NCBI GenBank assembly: GCA_045531205.1
Contig: JAZSDN010000042.1
Location: 26,590 to 90,589 of the forward strand
Origin: Clostridia bacterium
GTDB taxonomy: Bacteria > Bacillota > Clostridia > UMGS1883 > UMGS1540
Reading direction: 5' to 3'
Length of the DNA: 64,000 nucleotides
Part shown: piece after piece, positions 1 through 8,154 of the stretch
Layout of the letters: every line of letters begins with the position of its first letter
Numbering within the stretch: the first letter of the stretch is position 1
The notes under the pieces: generated by a model
Told to the model about the DNA's origin: nothing
What the model saw: the letters and a program-made list of their open reading frames with translations, nothing else
Database searches by the model: none
Position numbers and translations under genes: made by a program

Positions 1-330
1 TAAGGCGGATTTGCAAACCGCTATGCGAAGACCATTTTTGCTGATAATGATACTCCCGTCTTGAACTCGTCACTGAATTGGACGGCAGGCCATCAGAATG
101 GGCTGAGGTGAAATTCCTGTGGGAAGGTGCTGCTTCCGTTTTGATGTAAAGCAAACTTAACTTGATAATACTTACACATTCACCGATTATCTTTAATGTA
201 CGGCGGTCAAAAATCTAAAAGAAAGGAGAAACTCAAACTTTCGGTGATTTGAGTATTAAATATATGACTTAGTAAATCGAAAGGAGAACTCACATGAGAT
301 TTGCAAGAATCGGAAAGGTGGGTGCGTAAT

Positions 331-525
331 ATGAAAGAAATTCCTTTTTGGGAAAAGGCGAACTTAACCTTAGAGGAAGCTGCAGCGTATTTTAGTATCG
401 GACAGCAGAAATTACGTGACCTCACCGATAACGAGGATTGCGATTTTGTATTATGGATTGGATCCAAACGACTTATCAAGAAAAATAAATTCCTTAAATA
501 CATAGAGGAGCAATACTCGATATGA
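331..525 (+). CDS. xis: Excisionase (Xis, Tn916 family HTH DNA-binding protein)
   Basis: 65-aa ORF directly upstream of the integrase. MKEIPFWEKANLTLEEAAAYFSIGQQKLRDL resembles the Tn916 Xis N-terminus. ATG at 331 is preceded by a GGAAAGG RBS. Confidence 0.7.
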   Translation: MKEIPFWEKANLTLEEAAAYFSIGQQKLRDLTDNEDCDFVLWIGSKRLIKKNKFLKYIEEQYSI

Positions 526-649
526 AAAATTATATTAAATTTTACAATGGCTTGTACTGAAATTCCTGGACTACACAGCTAAAATATAGTATAATGAATA
601 TCGATAGTTAAGGTTCCTTCCGGTGCAAGCCATTAGGAAGGAGTTAATT

Positions 650-1888
650 ATGAATATAGAGAAAGGTAAAAAGAATAAACGGTTTGACAGTAACCGAAGG
701 GTGCTTCGCAAGGGCGAATCGCAGAGAAAGAACGGAACCTACGATTACAGATGGGTTGGCCCTGATGGAGTAAGGCACGCTGTATATGCGCCCACTCTGG
801 AAGAATTAAGAGAATTTGAAAAAGAAATTGTGATTGACGAATACGATGGAATTAAAACCGAAACAAAGAAGCTGACAGTTAACAATGTGTTTGATACCTG
901 GTGCGACTTAAAACGAGGTCTGAAAGATAACACATTTAAAAACTATCTTTATATGTATAATAACTATGTCAGAGACAGTTTTGGCAAGAATAGGATTGCG
1001 GATGTAAAGAAATCGGATGTGAAAAGGTTTTATAACACCCTCGCAGACGAAAGAATGTTATCTATATCCACCATCGATACAATTCACAATGTATTGCATC
1101 AGGTATTCGATTTAGCAGTGGATGATAACTGCATCCGTTCAAATCCTACTGACAAGATGCTCAAAGAACTGAAACAAGCTCACGATTTCGAAATCAAAGA
1201 GCGAAAAGCATTAACGGCAGATGAGCAAAGATTATTTCTGGACTTTTTGAAAAGAAAGCCTCAGTATAATCATTGGTATCCTCTATTCGCTGTAATGTTC
1301 GGTAGTGGCATGCGTATTGGTGAAGTGTCAGGACTTAGATGGTGCGATATTGACCTGGAAGAAGGAGTTATTGATATCAATCACACTCTCGTCTACTACA
1401 GCACAGGCAAAGGCAAGAAATGTAAATTTGCAATCAACACACCAAAGACGAAAAAGGGATACCGCAAAATTCCAATGATGGACTTTGTAAAGGAAGCATT
1501 CCTCCTTGAAAAAGCAAATCAGGACGAAACAGGTGTTAATTGTCAGGTAACCATTGATTGCTACACAGATTTCATATTTGTCAACCGATTTGGCAGTGTG
1601 CAGCATTACGGGACTGTCAATAAAGCAATCCGTAGGATTGTCCGTGACTACAATGACGAAGCATTGTTAAAAGAAGAAAATCCTGTCTTAATCCCCAACT
1701 TTAGTTGCCACAACCTTCGGCACACATTTGCCACAAGACTGTGTGAGGCAGATATAAATCTTTCGGTAATACAAAACGTCATGGGCCACAAAGAAATCAA
1801 GACAACATTAGAGATTTATACCCATGTAACCGAAGCAAAAAAGCGTGAGGAGGTCAATGCATTAGAAACCATGTTTTCATGGACATAA
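650..1888 (+). CDS. int: Tyrosine site-specific integrase, Tn916/Tn1549 family
   Basis: N-terminal LRKGESQRKNGTYDYRW resembles Int-Tn (TGESQRKDGRY). C-terminal catalytic motifs NLRHTFATRL and MGHKEIKTTLEIYTHV carry the R..H..R..Y signature. The xis-int pair sits at the element end. Confidence 0.85.
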   Translation: MNIEKGKKNKRFDSNRRVLRKGESQRKNGTYDYRWVGPDGVRHAVYAPTLEELREFEKEIVIDEYDGIKTETKKLTVNNVFDTWCDLKRGLKDNTFKNYLYMYNNYVRDSFGKNRIADVKKSDVKRFYNTLADERMLSISTIDTIHNVLHQVFDLAVDDNCIRSNPTDKMLKELKQAHDFEIKERKALTADEQRLFLDFLKRKPQYNHWYPLFAVMFGSGMRIGEVSGLRWCDIDLEEGVIDINHTLVYYSTGKGKKCKFAINTPKTKKGYRKIPMMDFVKEAFLLEKANQDETGVNCQVTIDCYTDFIFVNRFGSVQHYGTVNKAIRRIVRDYNDEALLKEENPVLIPNFSCHNLRHTFATRLCEADINLSVIQNVMGHKEIKTTLEIYTHVTEAKKREEVNALETMFSWT

Positions 1889-1897
1889 AATGTAACC

Positions 1898-1926
1898 TTA
1901 CGCCATTTACGCCATAACTTACGCCA
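1898..1926 (+). repeat. Three direct copies of TTACGCCA (1898-1905, 1907-1914, 1919-1926), candidate integrase arm-type binding sites
   Basis: Read directly in the sequence immediately after the int stop codon. Spacing of 9 and 12 bp is typical for arm-type sites at integrative element ends. Confidence 0.5.
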
Positions 1927-1948
1927 AGTGGAACACATTTTATGGAGA

Positions 1949-2012
1949 GTTATGAAGACTTGCGTAACGAGCAGAAAGAAAAGAGTGCTTGACAAAAGGG
2001 TTATGAAGACTT
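1949..2012 (+). repeat. Two direct copies of GTTATGAAGACTT (1949-1961, 2000-2012) flanking or overlapping an outward promoter
   Basis: Exact 13-bp repeats seen in the sequence. The second copy lies inside the spacer of a TTGACA-17-TATAAT promoter. Confidence 0.45.
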
Positions 2013-2017
2013 ATAAT
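1989..2017 (+). promoter_or_regulatory. Consensus sigma-A-type promoter (TTGACA-17 bp-TATAAT) reading outward from the element end
   Basis: TTGACA at 1989-1994, a 17-bp spacer, TATAAT at 2012-2017. Confidence 0.5.
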
Positions 2018-2141
2018 GAGTTATGTGGTTACAAGAATTGAAATCCCGACCATGAAAACACTTGATAAATAATAGCATTTGGTGTTTTACTACACCAAAA
2101 CTTGCACCAATATGTGCAAAATTGAAGAAAACACCTATCGT

Positions 2142-2176
2142 TTAAAGACTACGGAATTGAATTCCGTAGTCTTTTT
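2142..2176 (+). terminator. Intrinsic terminator (perfect hairpin AAAGACTACGGAATTGAATTCCGTAGTCTTTTTG)
   Basis: Perfect palindrome followed by a T-tract. It lies after the int and element-end region. Confidence 0.7.
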
Positions 2177-2277
2177 GTGTAACAATTAATGCAATAAATA
2201 AAATATCATTTCGCATTGAAAATATGAGTGAGATATGATATAATTGTCTATAACAAATTTCAAATGGAGGAAAAATT

Positions 2278-3564
2278 ATGAAAAAGTACAGCAAGGCAAT
2301 TTTAACAATTATTTTCATATTTATATGTAGCACATGTGTTTGCTTTTCTGTATCGGCTGCGGATGATACCGATGTCGTTGTAAGTTTACAAATTAATGAT
2401 CCAATAATGGAAGTGAATGGTGTAGAAACAGAAATAGATGTAGGGCGTGGTACTAAACCAATAATAACTGACGGAAGAACACTTGTCCCGATAAGAGCAA
2501 TTATCGAAGCGTTTGATGGTGTTGTTGGTTGGGATGGTGCTACACAAACAGTTACGCTGACTATGGCGGATGATGTTATAACGCTTGTGATTAACAATAA
2601 GACGGCATATCTGAACAACACCGCACATACGCTTGATGTTGCTCCTACTGTTATAAATGGCCGCACAATGTTGCCTATTCGCTTTATAGCGGAAGGCTTT
2701 AATCTCGGAGTGGCATGGGAAGGCGATACTCAAACTGTTACTATAATTCGCAACTCTTTTGACGCTCAAGAATACAATTACTTAATGAATGTTGTTCCTG
2801 CTTATTCTGGCTTACCGTATGTTGAAATTAACAACGGAACGCCGCTTTTTAAGGAATATGAAATTATTAGTGGCTCATTTGAATATTACAGTACCCTTGA
2901 CGAACTCGGTCGCTGTGATGTATGTATGGCTTCCGTTGGCAAGGATATAATGCCGACAGAAGAAAGAGAGAGTATAAGTTCTATAACGCCAACTGGTTGG
3001 ATAAATGCGAGTTATAATACAATCGCGGGTAAATACCTGTATAATAGATGCCATTTGATTGGTTATCAGTTAACAGGTGAAAATGATAATGAAAAAAATC
3101 TCATTACCGGAACAAGATATTTGAATATAGACGGGATGCTCCCGTTTGAAAATTTGATTGATGATTATATAGAAAATACAGGTAACAATGTAATGTACAG
3201 AGTAACACCTGTGTTTAAGGAAAACAATCTTGTTGCTGATGGTGTTTTGCTTGAAGCCTACTCTGTTGAAGATAATGGACAAGGGATTTCGTTCTGTGTG
3301 TACTGCTATAATGTTCAACCTACTATAATAATAGACTACACAACAGGAGCAAGTAGAATGGAAAATGATATACCAAATACTGAAACACCACCATTTGAAT
3401 CTGATGCTTCAAATGATGGAAACACAAGTCAAGGAGTATATCGCACACCCTCCGGTAAAAAATATCATTTAGATGCTGAATGTGGCGGAAAAAACAGCTA
3501 TTATGTGACAATAAAAGATGCGTTGGATGCAGCTCTTACACCGTGCTCTAAATGTGCAAAATAA
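2278..3564 (+). CDS. Secreted DNA/RNA non-specific endonuclease-like protein with copper-amine-oxidase N-terminal-type repeat domains and a C-terminal Cys/His cluster
   Basis: Signal peptide MKKYSKAILTIIFIFICSTCVCFSVSAADD. Two DGRTLVPIRAI and NGRTMLPIRFI repeats of copper-amine-oxidase N-terminal type. NRCHLIGYQL...N matches the nuclease active-site region (RGH motif family). C-terminus is KYHLDAECGG...PCSKCAK. Confidence 0.55.
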   Translation: MKKYSKAILTIIFIFICSTCVCFSVSAADDTDVVVSLQINDPIMEVNGVETEIDVGRGTKPIITDGRTLVPIRAIIEAFDGVVGWDGATQTVTLTMADDVITLVINNKTAYLNNTAHTLDVAPTVINGRTMLPIRFIAEGFNLGVAWEGDTQTVTIIRNSFDAQEYNYLMNVVPAYSGLPYVEINNGTPLFKEYEIISGSFEYYSTLDELGRCDVCMASVGKDIMPTEERESISSITPTGWINASYNTIAGKYLYNRCHLIGYQLTGENDNEKNLITGTRYLNIDGMLPFENLIDDYIENTGNNVMYRVTPVFKENNLVADGVLLEAYSVEDNGQGISFCVYCYNVQPTIIIDYTTGASRMENDIPNTETPPFESDASNDGNTSQGVYRTPSGKKYHLDAECGGKNSYYVTIKDALDAALTPCSKCAK

Positions 3565-3631
3565 AGAAAATGCGAAAACATTAGATAAATAATTTAATTT
3601 TGTAGGGGAGGGTTTCCATGCCCTCCCGAAA

Positions 3632-3697
3632 AAAGAACATAAAAACTGCAATGTCAATATCCTGACATTGCAGTTTTGTTTTGTATTAAATTCAGTC
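3632..3697. terminator. Two tandem hairpins (GGGAGGG..CCCTCCC and AAAACTGCAATGTCA..TGACATTGCAGTTTT) forming a bidirectional terminator
   Basis: Inverted repeats with flanking T and A runs, lying between convergent genes. Confidence 0.6.
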
Positions 3698-3919
3698 TTT
3701 AAATTCAAATAATTTTTTTAAGGGTATATTTAATGCTTCGGCAATATCAATTAGAGTGTCTAGTGTACATGAGCATGCCGCAGTTTCAATTCTTTGCATG
3801 TGATTTTTGCTGATACCGGTTTTTTCTGCCAGTTGCATTTGTGTCATACCCTGCTCTTTTCTATAATGAAGAATGTTTAAACCGATGCCAAGCCAAACAT
3901 CGTAATTCTTATTTTTCAT
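3692..3919 (-). CDS. XRE-family HTH transcriptional regulator
   Basis: MTQMQLAEKTGISKNHMQRIE helix-turn-helix. ATG at 3919 has a GGTGAG RBS. Confidence 0.7.
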   Translation of the reverse strand: MKNKNYDVWLGIGLNILHYRKEQGMTQMQLAEKTGISKNHMQRIETAACSCTLDTLIDIAEALNIPLKKLFEFKD

Positions 3920-4088
3920 ATACTCACCTCTACCATATATATTATATTCAATATGGCAAACTTTATCGACCAACAATTTTGTTGTTAAAACAACAAAATA
4001 GATTGACTAATGAGCAATATAATGGTATAATACAATGGTATTGATTGCAATTAAACCTAAATTGATTGATGCTGAAAGTGAGAAATAA

Positions 4089-4604
4089 ATGGAAGAGTTA
4101 ATAAACAGAAGCTGTTGTTTTATTGGACACCGTAAAATTGACAAAAGCGTAGAATTCAACAAGAACTTATACAACGAAATTGAAAAATTAGTAAATAGTG
4201 GCGTTGACATCTTTTTCTTTGGTAGCAAGAGCCAATTTGATAGTTTGTGTTATAGCATTGTTTCGGGATTAAGAGAAAAGTACCCTCATATCAAACGAAT
4301 ATATATTAGAGCAGAATACCCTGATATTAATGAAGATTATACTGATTATTTGCTGGAAAGTTATGAAGAAACCCAGTATCCTGATAAGCTCCGTAATTCC
4401 GGACGTGCTGTGTATGTAGAACGCAACCAGCAGATGGTAGACCGATGCTCGGTATGTGTTTTCTATTATAAGGAAAATTATTTACCTCCACCACGAAAAA
4501 ATTCAAAAAGAGAATTAACTAATTATCAGCCTAAAAGCGGCACAAAAACTGCTTACGAATATGCTGTAAAAAAGAAGAAAAGAATTATAAATGTAGCACC
4601 TTAA
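4089..4604 (+). CDS. DUF1273 / YpsA-like SLOG-family protein
   Basis: CCFIGHRKI..., paralog of the ORF at 32079-32585 (CCFTGHRPEKL...), an architecture typical of UPF0398/DUF1273. Confidence 0.65.
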   Translation: MEELINRSCCFIGHRKIDKSVEFNKNLYNEIEKLVNSGVDIFFFGSKSQFDSLCYSIVSGLREKYPHIKRIYIRAEYPDINEDYTDYLLESYEETQYPDKLRNSGRAVYVERNQQMVDRCSVCVFYYKENYLPPPRKNSKRELTNYQPKSGTKTAYEYAVKKKKRIINVAP

Positions 4605-4624
4605 ATTTAAATAAGAGAAAACAA

Positions 4625-4653
4625 AAAAGCAATGTTAAAACATTGCTTTTTTG
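4625..4653. terminator. Bidirectional intrinsic terminator (AAAAGCAATGTTTTAACATTGCTTTTTT)
   Basis: Palindrome with flanking A and T tracts between convergent genes. Confidence 0.65.
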
Positions 4654-4664
4654 TATATAAAATT

Positions 4665-5519
4665 CTACTGAATCTTCAAAGTTTCACCCGGATTTATTGA
4701 ATATAACTTTCCGTCGATATCGAACCAAATTTTAAAGAGGGTGGGGTTATAGCAAAGGGTGGAATCTGCACTGAAAACAAGCGAGTTATATGCAGTTACA
4801 TAATCATATATTTCAATGTTTGTAGCATACCAAATCTCATCGTTGTTTGCAATTTTTTTGCAGATATCTTCAAGTAAATCCCAGTTATTATTCATTCTGA
4901 ACTCGTATGTGTGACCCCACAGATAAAAAAGTCTTGGATGGCGGCGTGCCCCGTATACCTTTTCGGAATTATCAATGCTTATAAATTCGTCAAGATACTC
5001 CATAAGCTTTGGATTCTGGTGATGGGCCGTAGGCATCCATGCGTGCCAGTCTGTAGGAAGACGGAATAAATTGTTATCTCCGCCTAAAGTTCTTGAATAA
5101 ACGATATCAAGGTCAGTTAAATAACGCTTTATATTTTCGTAATTTGCACCGTTTGCAAAAAGAGTAATACCTGTGTCGGGGTATGCCATACCTCGTATAA
5201 TACGACCTGTTTTAGCTTCAAGCTCAAGGCGGCAATTTAAAACATCACGGATTCCGTCAATGGGACGCTGTGTGCCCTCGGCTCTGTGAAAAGCACCGTG
5301 AACAGCAACCTCGTGTCCTCTGGAATAGTAGATTTCTTCCATTTTTTCGGCAGTAAAATTATCTTTTTTATACGTGTCACCCACCATATTGAATGTGCAT
5401 TTTAAACCATAAGGCGAAATAATATCCGAAAATTGTATATCTTCATACGCACCGTCATCGTAACTCATTGTAAAAGCCTTGGATTTTCCTTCGGGAAATC
5501 TTAAAAATTTGTATCTCAT
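4665..5519 (-). CDS. Polysaccharide deacetylase family protein (NodB homology domain)
   Basis: FTMSYDDGAYED matches the TFDDG-type motif. Several His residues sit in conserved spacing. Confidence 0.7.
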   Translation of the reverse strand: MRYKFLRFPEGKSKAFTMSYDDGAYEDIQFSDIISPYGLKCTFNMVGDTYKKDNFTAEKMEEIYYSRGHEVAVHGAFHRAEGTQRPIDGIRDVLNCRLELEAKTGRIIRGMAYPDTGITLFANGANYENIKRYLTDLDIVYSRTLGGDNNLFRLPTDWHAWMPTAHHQNPKLMEYLDEFISIDNSEKVYGARRHPRLFYLWGHTYEFRMNNNWDLLEDICKKIANNDEIWYATNIEIYDYVTAYNSLVFSADSTLCYNPTLFKIWFDIDGKLYSINPGETLKIQ

Positions 5520-5642
5520 AAAACCCCTCCTTAATATGAGTTCAGTATAGCAAACAAAAAAATCAAAGTCAATATAAATTACAGTTGTTTTTTTGCTTTT
5601 TTTGTGTTAGAATACAAAAGGCTAAAAAGGAGAAATTTGCAA

Positions 5643-6749
5643 ATGATAAATTTTTTAAAGAAAAATGCAGTAATGACAATAGCATTTTTGGCAGCACTGG
5701 TAACCTCGTTTATTGTCCTGCCTGATAAAGAATATATAGGCTATTTTGACTTTAAAACATTAGTCTGTCTTTTTTGTGTCCTTGCAGTGGTGTGTGCACT
5801 AAAAAACATAAACTTTTTCTATATCCTTGCAAAAAGAATAGTACAGCTTTTTAAAACTGCAAGAATGAGCATTTTAGCTCTTGTATACATAACCTTTATA
5901 GGCTCAATGCTTATTGCAAACGATATGGCACTTTTAACATTTTTGCCGCTTGGATACTTTGTATTAACCACAACAGGTAAAGAAAAATATATGGCGTTTA
6001 CTTTTATAATGCAAAATATCGCAGCAAACCTTGGCGGAATGTTAACTCCCTTTGGAAATCCGCAAAATTTATATATCTATTCCTTCTACGATATTGCAAA
6101 CCTCGAATTTATGAAAATAATGGCACCGCCCTTTATTTTGTCTGTAGTTTTAATCACGCTTTTCTGCCTTATATTTGTAAAAAATGAACCCTTGAAAATT
6201 GAAGAAGACAAGGTAAAATTAGAACCCAAAAGAACAGTACTTTATCTTATTTTGTTTGCGTTTTCAATCCTCATAGTATTCAGGGGAATCCCTTATATTC
6301 TGGGACTTATAGTTATACCCGCAGTATTGTTTTTTGCAGATAGAAAAGCACTGAAAGACGTAGATTATCCCTTACTTTTAACCTTTGTATTTTTCTTTGT
6401 TTTTGCAGGGAATATGTCAAGAATGGATGCAGTTCAAAGCCTCTTCTCATTTTTGCTTTCAAAAAGCACATTTTTGTTTGGCGTACTGTCTTGCCAGTGT
6501 ATAAGTAATGTACCTTCAGCAATACTTTTGTCGCAGTTTACACAAAATTACAAGGAACTTCTTTTGGGTGTAAATATAGGCGGAGTAGGGACTTTAATAT
6601 CCTCGCTTGCAAGTCTTATCACATTCAGGGAATATGTAAAACATAATCCCAAAAAGACGTGGTATTATATCGGCTTATTCTCGCTTTATAACTTTGTATT
6701 TTTGTTAATTTTAACAGCTTTCGAGCTTTTAACAGCCTGCTCTTTGTAA
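5643..6749 (+). CDS. Integral membrane anion permease (ArsB/NhaD/citrate-transporter superfamily)
   Basis: About 10 predicted TM segments. AGGAG RBS lies before the ATG at 5643. Confidence 0.55.
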   Translation: MINFLKKNAVMTIAFLAALVTSFIVLPDKEYIGYFDFKTLVCLFCVLAVVCALKNINFFYILAKRIVQLFKTARMSILALVYITFIGSMLIANDMALLTFLPLGYFVLTTTGKEKYMAFTFIMQNIAANLGGMLTPFGNPQNLYIYSFYDIANLEFMKIMAPPFILSVVLITLFCLIFVKNEPLKIEEDKVKLEPKRTVLYLILFAFSILIVFRGIPYILGLIVIPAVLFFADRKALKDVDYPLLLTFVFFFVFAGNMSRMDAVQSLFSFLLSKSTFLFGVLSCQCISNVPSAILLSQFTQNYKELLLGVNIGGVGTLISSLASLITFREYVKHNPKKTWYYIGLFSLYNFVFLLILTAFELLTACSL

Positions 6750-6783
6750 CAAAAATAGAATTATAAATAAGTTAAAAATTTAA

Positions 6784-6812
6784 TTGACATATACTACCTG
6801 TTATGATATAAT
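6784..6812 (+). promoter_or_regulatory. Sigma-A-type promoter of the pyr operon (TTGACA-17-TATAAT)
   Basis: TTGACA at 6784-6789 and TATAAT at 6807-6812. Confidence 0.6.
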
Positions 6813-6819
6813 AATATAA

Positions 6820-6900
6820 ATTTAAATCTTTAAAGGCGATACAGAGATATCGGCAAGATTTTTAAATACTTTTGCGGGAGATAAATTAACCGCTTTTTTG
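6820..6900 (+). promoter_or_regulatory. pyr leader with intrinsic terminator (GCGGGAGATAAATTAACCGC TTTTTT) and a possible PyrR-type binding loop (GGCGAUACAGAGAUAUCGGC)
   Basis: Terminator hairpin at 6874-6899 lies upstream of pyrC. The CAGAGA loop resembles the PyrR anti-antiterminator loop (UCCAGAGAGG) but diverges from it. No pyrR gene is present in the window. Confidence 0.4.
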
Positions 6901-6959
6901 GTGTATTTATGCCTTGCTGATAAAAGCAGGGTATTTTTTGTACAGAAAGGAGAATTATA

Positions 6960-8141
6960 ATGGCTTACATAAAAACTACAACTAAACAAGTTATAATGTC
7001 CGATTTGTCAAAATCAGTTATTTCCTGCTGTGACGATAAATATTGTGTTTTTCCCGGCTTTTGTGATGTGCATGTGCATTTTCGCGAGCCGGGTTTTTCA
7101 TATAAAGAAACAATTTATTCGGGCAGTCGTGCTGCGGCAAAGGGAGGATATACGGCAGTATGCACAATGCCTAACCTAAACCCCGTGCCCGACAGTGCCG
7201 AAAACTTAAAAAAACAAACCGAGATTATAAAAAAAGATTCCTGCATCAATATCTACCCTTATGGCTCAATTACAAAATGCCAGATGGGGGAAGAGCTTTC
7301 TGATATGCAGAATATGACCGACGCAATAGCCTTTTCTGACGACGGGAAAGGGGTACAAAACCCCCTTGTTATGAAACAGGCTATGAAGGAAGCAAAAGCC
7401 TTGGGCAAAATAATTGTGGCACATTGTGAAGATAACAGCCTTTTGCACGGCGGATACATACACGACGGGGAATATGCAAAAAAGCACTCGCATCGTGGCA
7501 TCTGTTCCGAAAGTGAATGGGGTCCCATAAAAAGAGATTTGGAGCTTGCACGGGAAACAGGAGCAGCATACCACGTCTGCCATATTTCCTGTGCTGAAAG
7601 TGTTGAGCTTATAAGGCAGGCAAAAAAAGAAGGATTAAATGTCACCTGCGAAACAGCACCACATTACCTTGTTTTGGACGATAGCTTTTTACAGGAAGAT
7701 GGAAGATTTAAAATGAATCCGCCTCTTCGAAGTGAAAAGGACAGGCTTGCCCTTATAGAAGGTATATGCGACGGTACCATTGATATGATAGCAACAGACC
7801 ACGCTCCCCACAGCGAGGAAGAAAAATCAAAAGGACTCGAAAAAAGTGCCTTTGGCATAGTGGGAATAGAAACAGCATTTTCGGTGTTGTACACCCACCT
7901 TGTGCAAAAAAACATAATAAGCCTTGAAAAGCTTATTGACCTTATGGCAATAAACCCAAGAGAAAGATTTGGAATTCCCTTGGGGAATGATTTTACCGTT
8001 TGGGACTTGAATGCAGATATAACGGTAGATAAAAAAGACTTTATTTCTCTTGGAAAAGCAACACCGTTTGAAGGTATGAGCTTTAAAGCAAAATGCATAG
8101 CAACGGTGTGCAATGGAAAAACAGTATACGAACAAAATTGA
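6960..8141 (+). CDS. pyrC: Dihydroorotase
   Basis: DVHVHFREPG metal-binding motif. DHAPH near the C-terminus. Confidence 0.85.
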   Translation: MAYIKTTTKQVIMSDLSKSVISCCDDKYCVFPGFCDVHVHFREPGFSYKETIYSGSRAAAKGGYTAVCTMPNLNPVPDSAENLKKQTEIIKKDSCINIYPYGSITKCQMGEELSDMQNMTDAIAFSDDGKGVQNPLVMKQAMKEAKALGKIIVAHCEDNSLLHGGYIHDGEYAKKHSHRGICSESEWGPIKRDLELARETGAAYHVCHISCAESVELIRQAKKEGLNVTCETAPHYLVLDDSFLQEDGRFKMNPPLRSEKDRLALIEGICDGTIDMIATDHAPHSEEEKSKGLEKSAFGIVGIETAFSVLYTHLVQKNIISLEKLIDLMAINPRERFGIPLGNDFTVWDLNADITVDKKDFISLGKATPFEGMSFKAKCIATVCNGKTVYEQN

Positions 8142-8154
8142 GGAGGTTACATAA

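Noticed and set aside
1-300. Partial coding sequence at the extreme 5' end of the window.
   Set aside because: Stops occur in all frames within the first 150 nt. Only a short ORF tail (ending about 148) is visible and it cannot be assigned.
7259-8135. Several 60-150-aa ORFs antisense to or out of frame within pyrC. The same pattern occurs inside carB, purL, the ABC permease and the giant surface protein (for example 9411-9723, 26767-27316, 36871-37068, 48410-48826, 49871-50068).
   Set aside because: They lie entirely inside long, well-supported genes, have no RBS or domain signal, and show low-complexity translations typical of AT-rich genomes. Treated as spurious.
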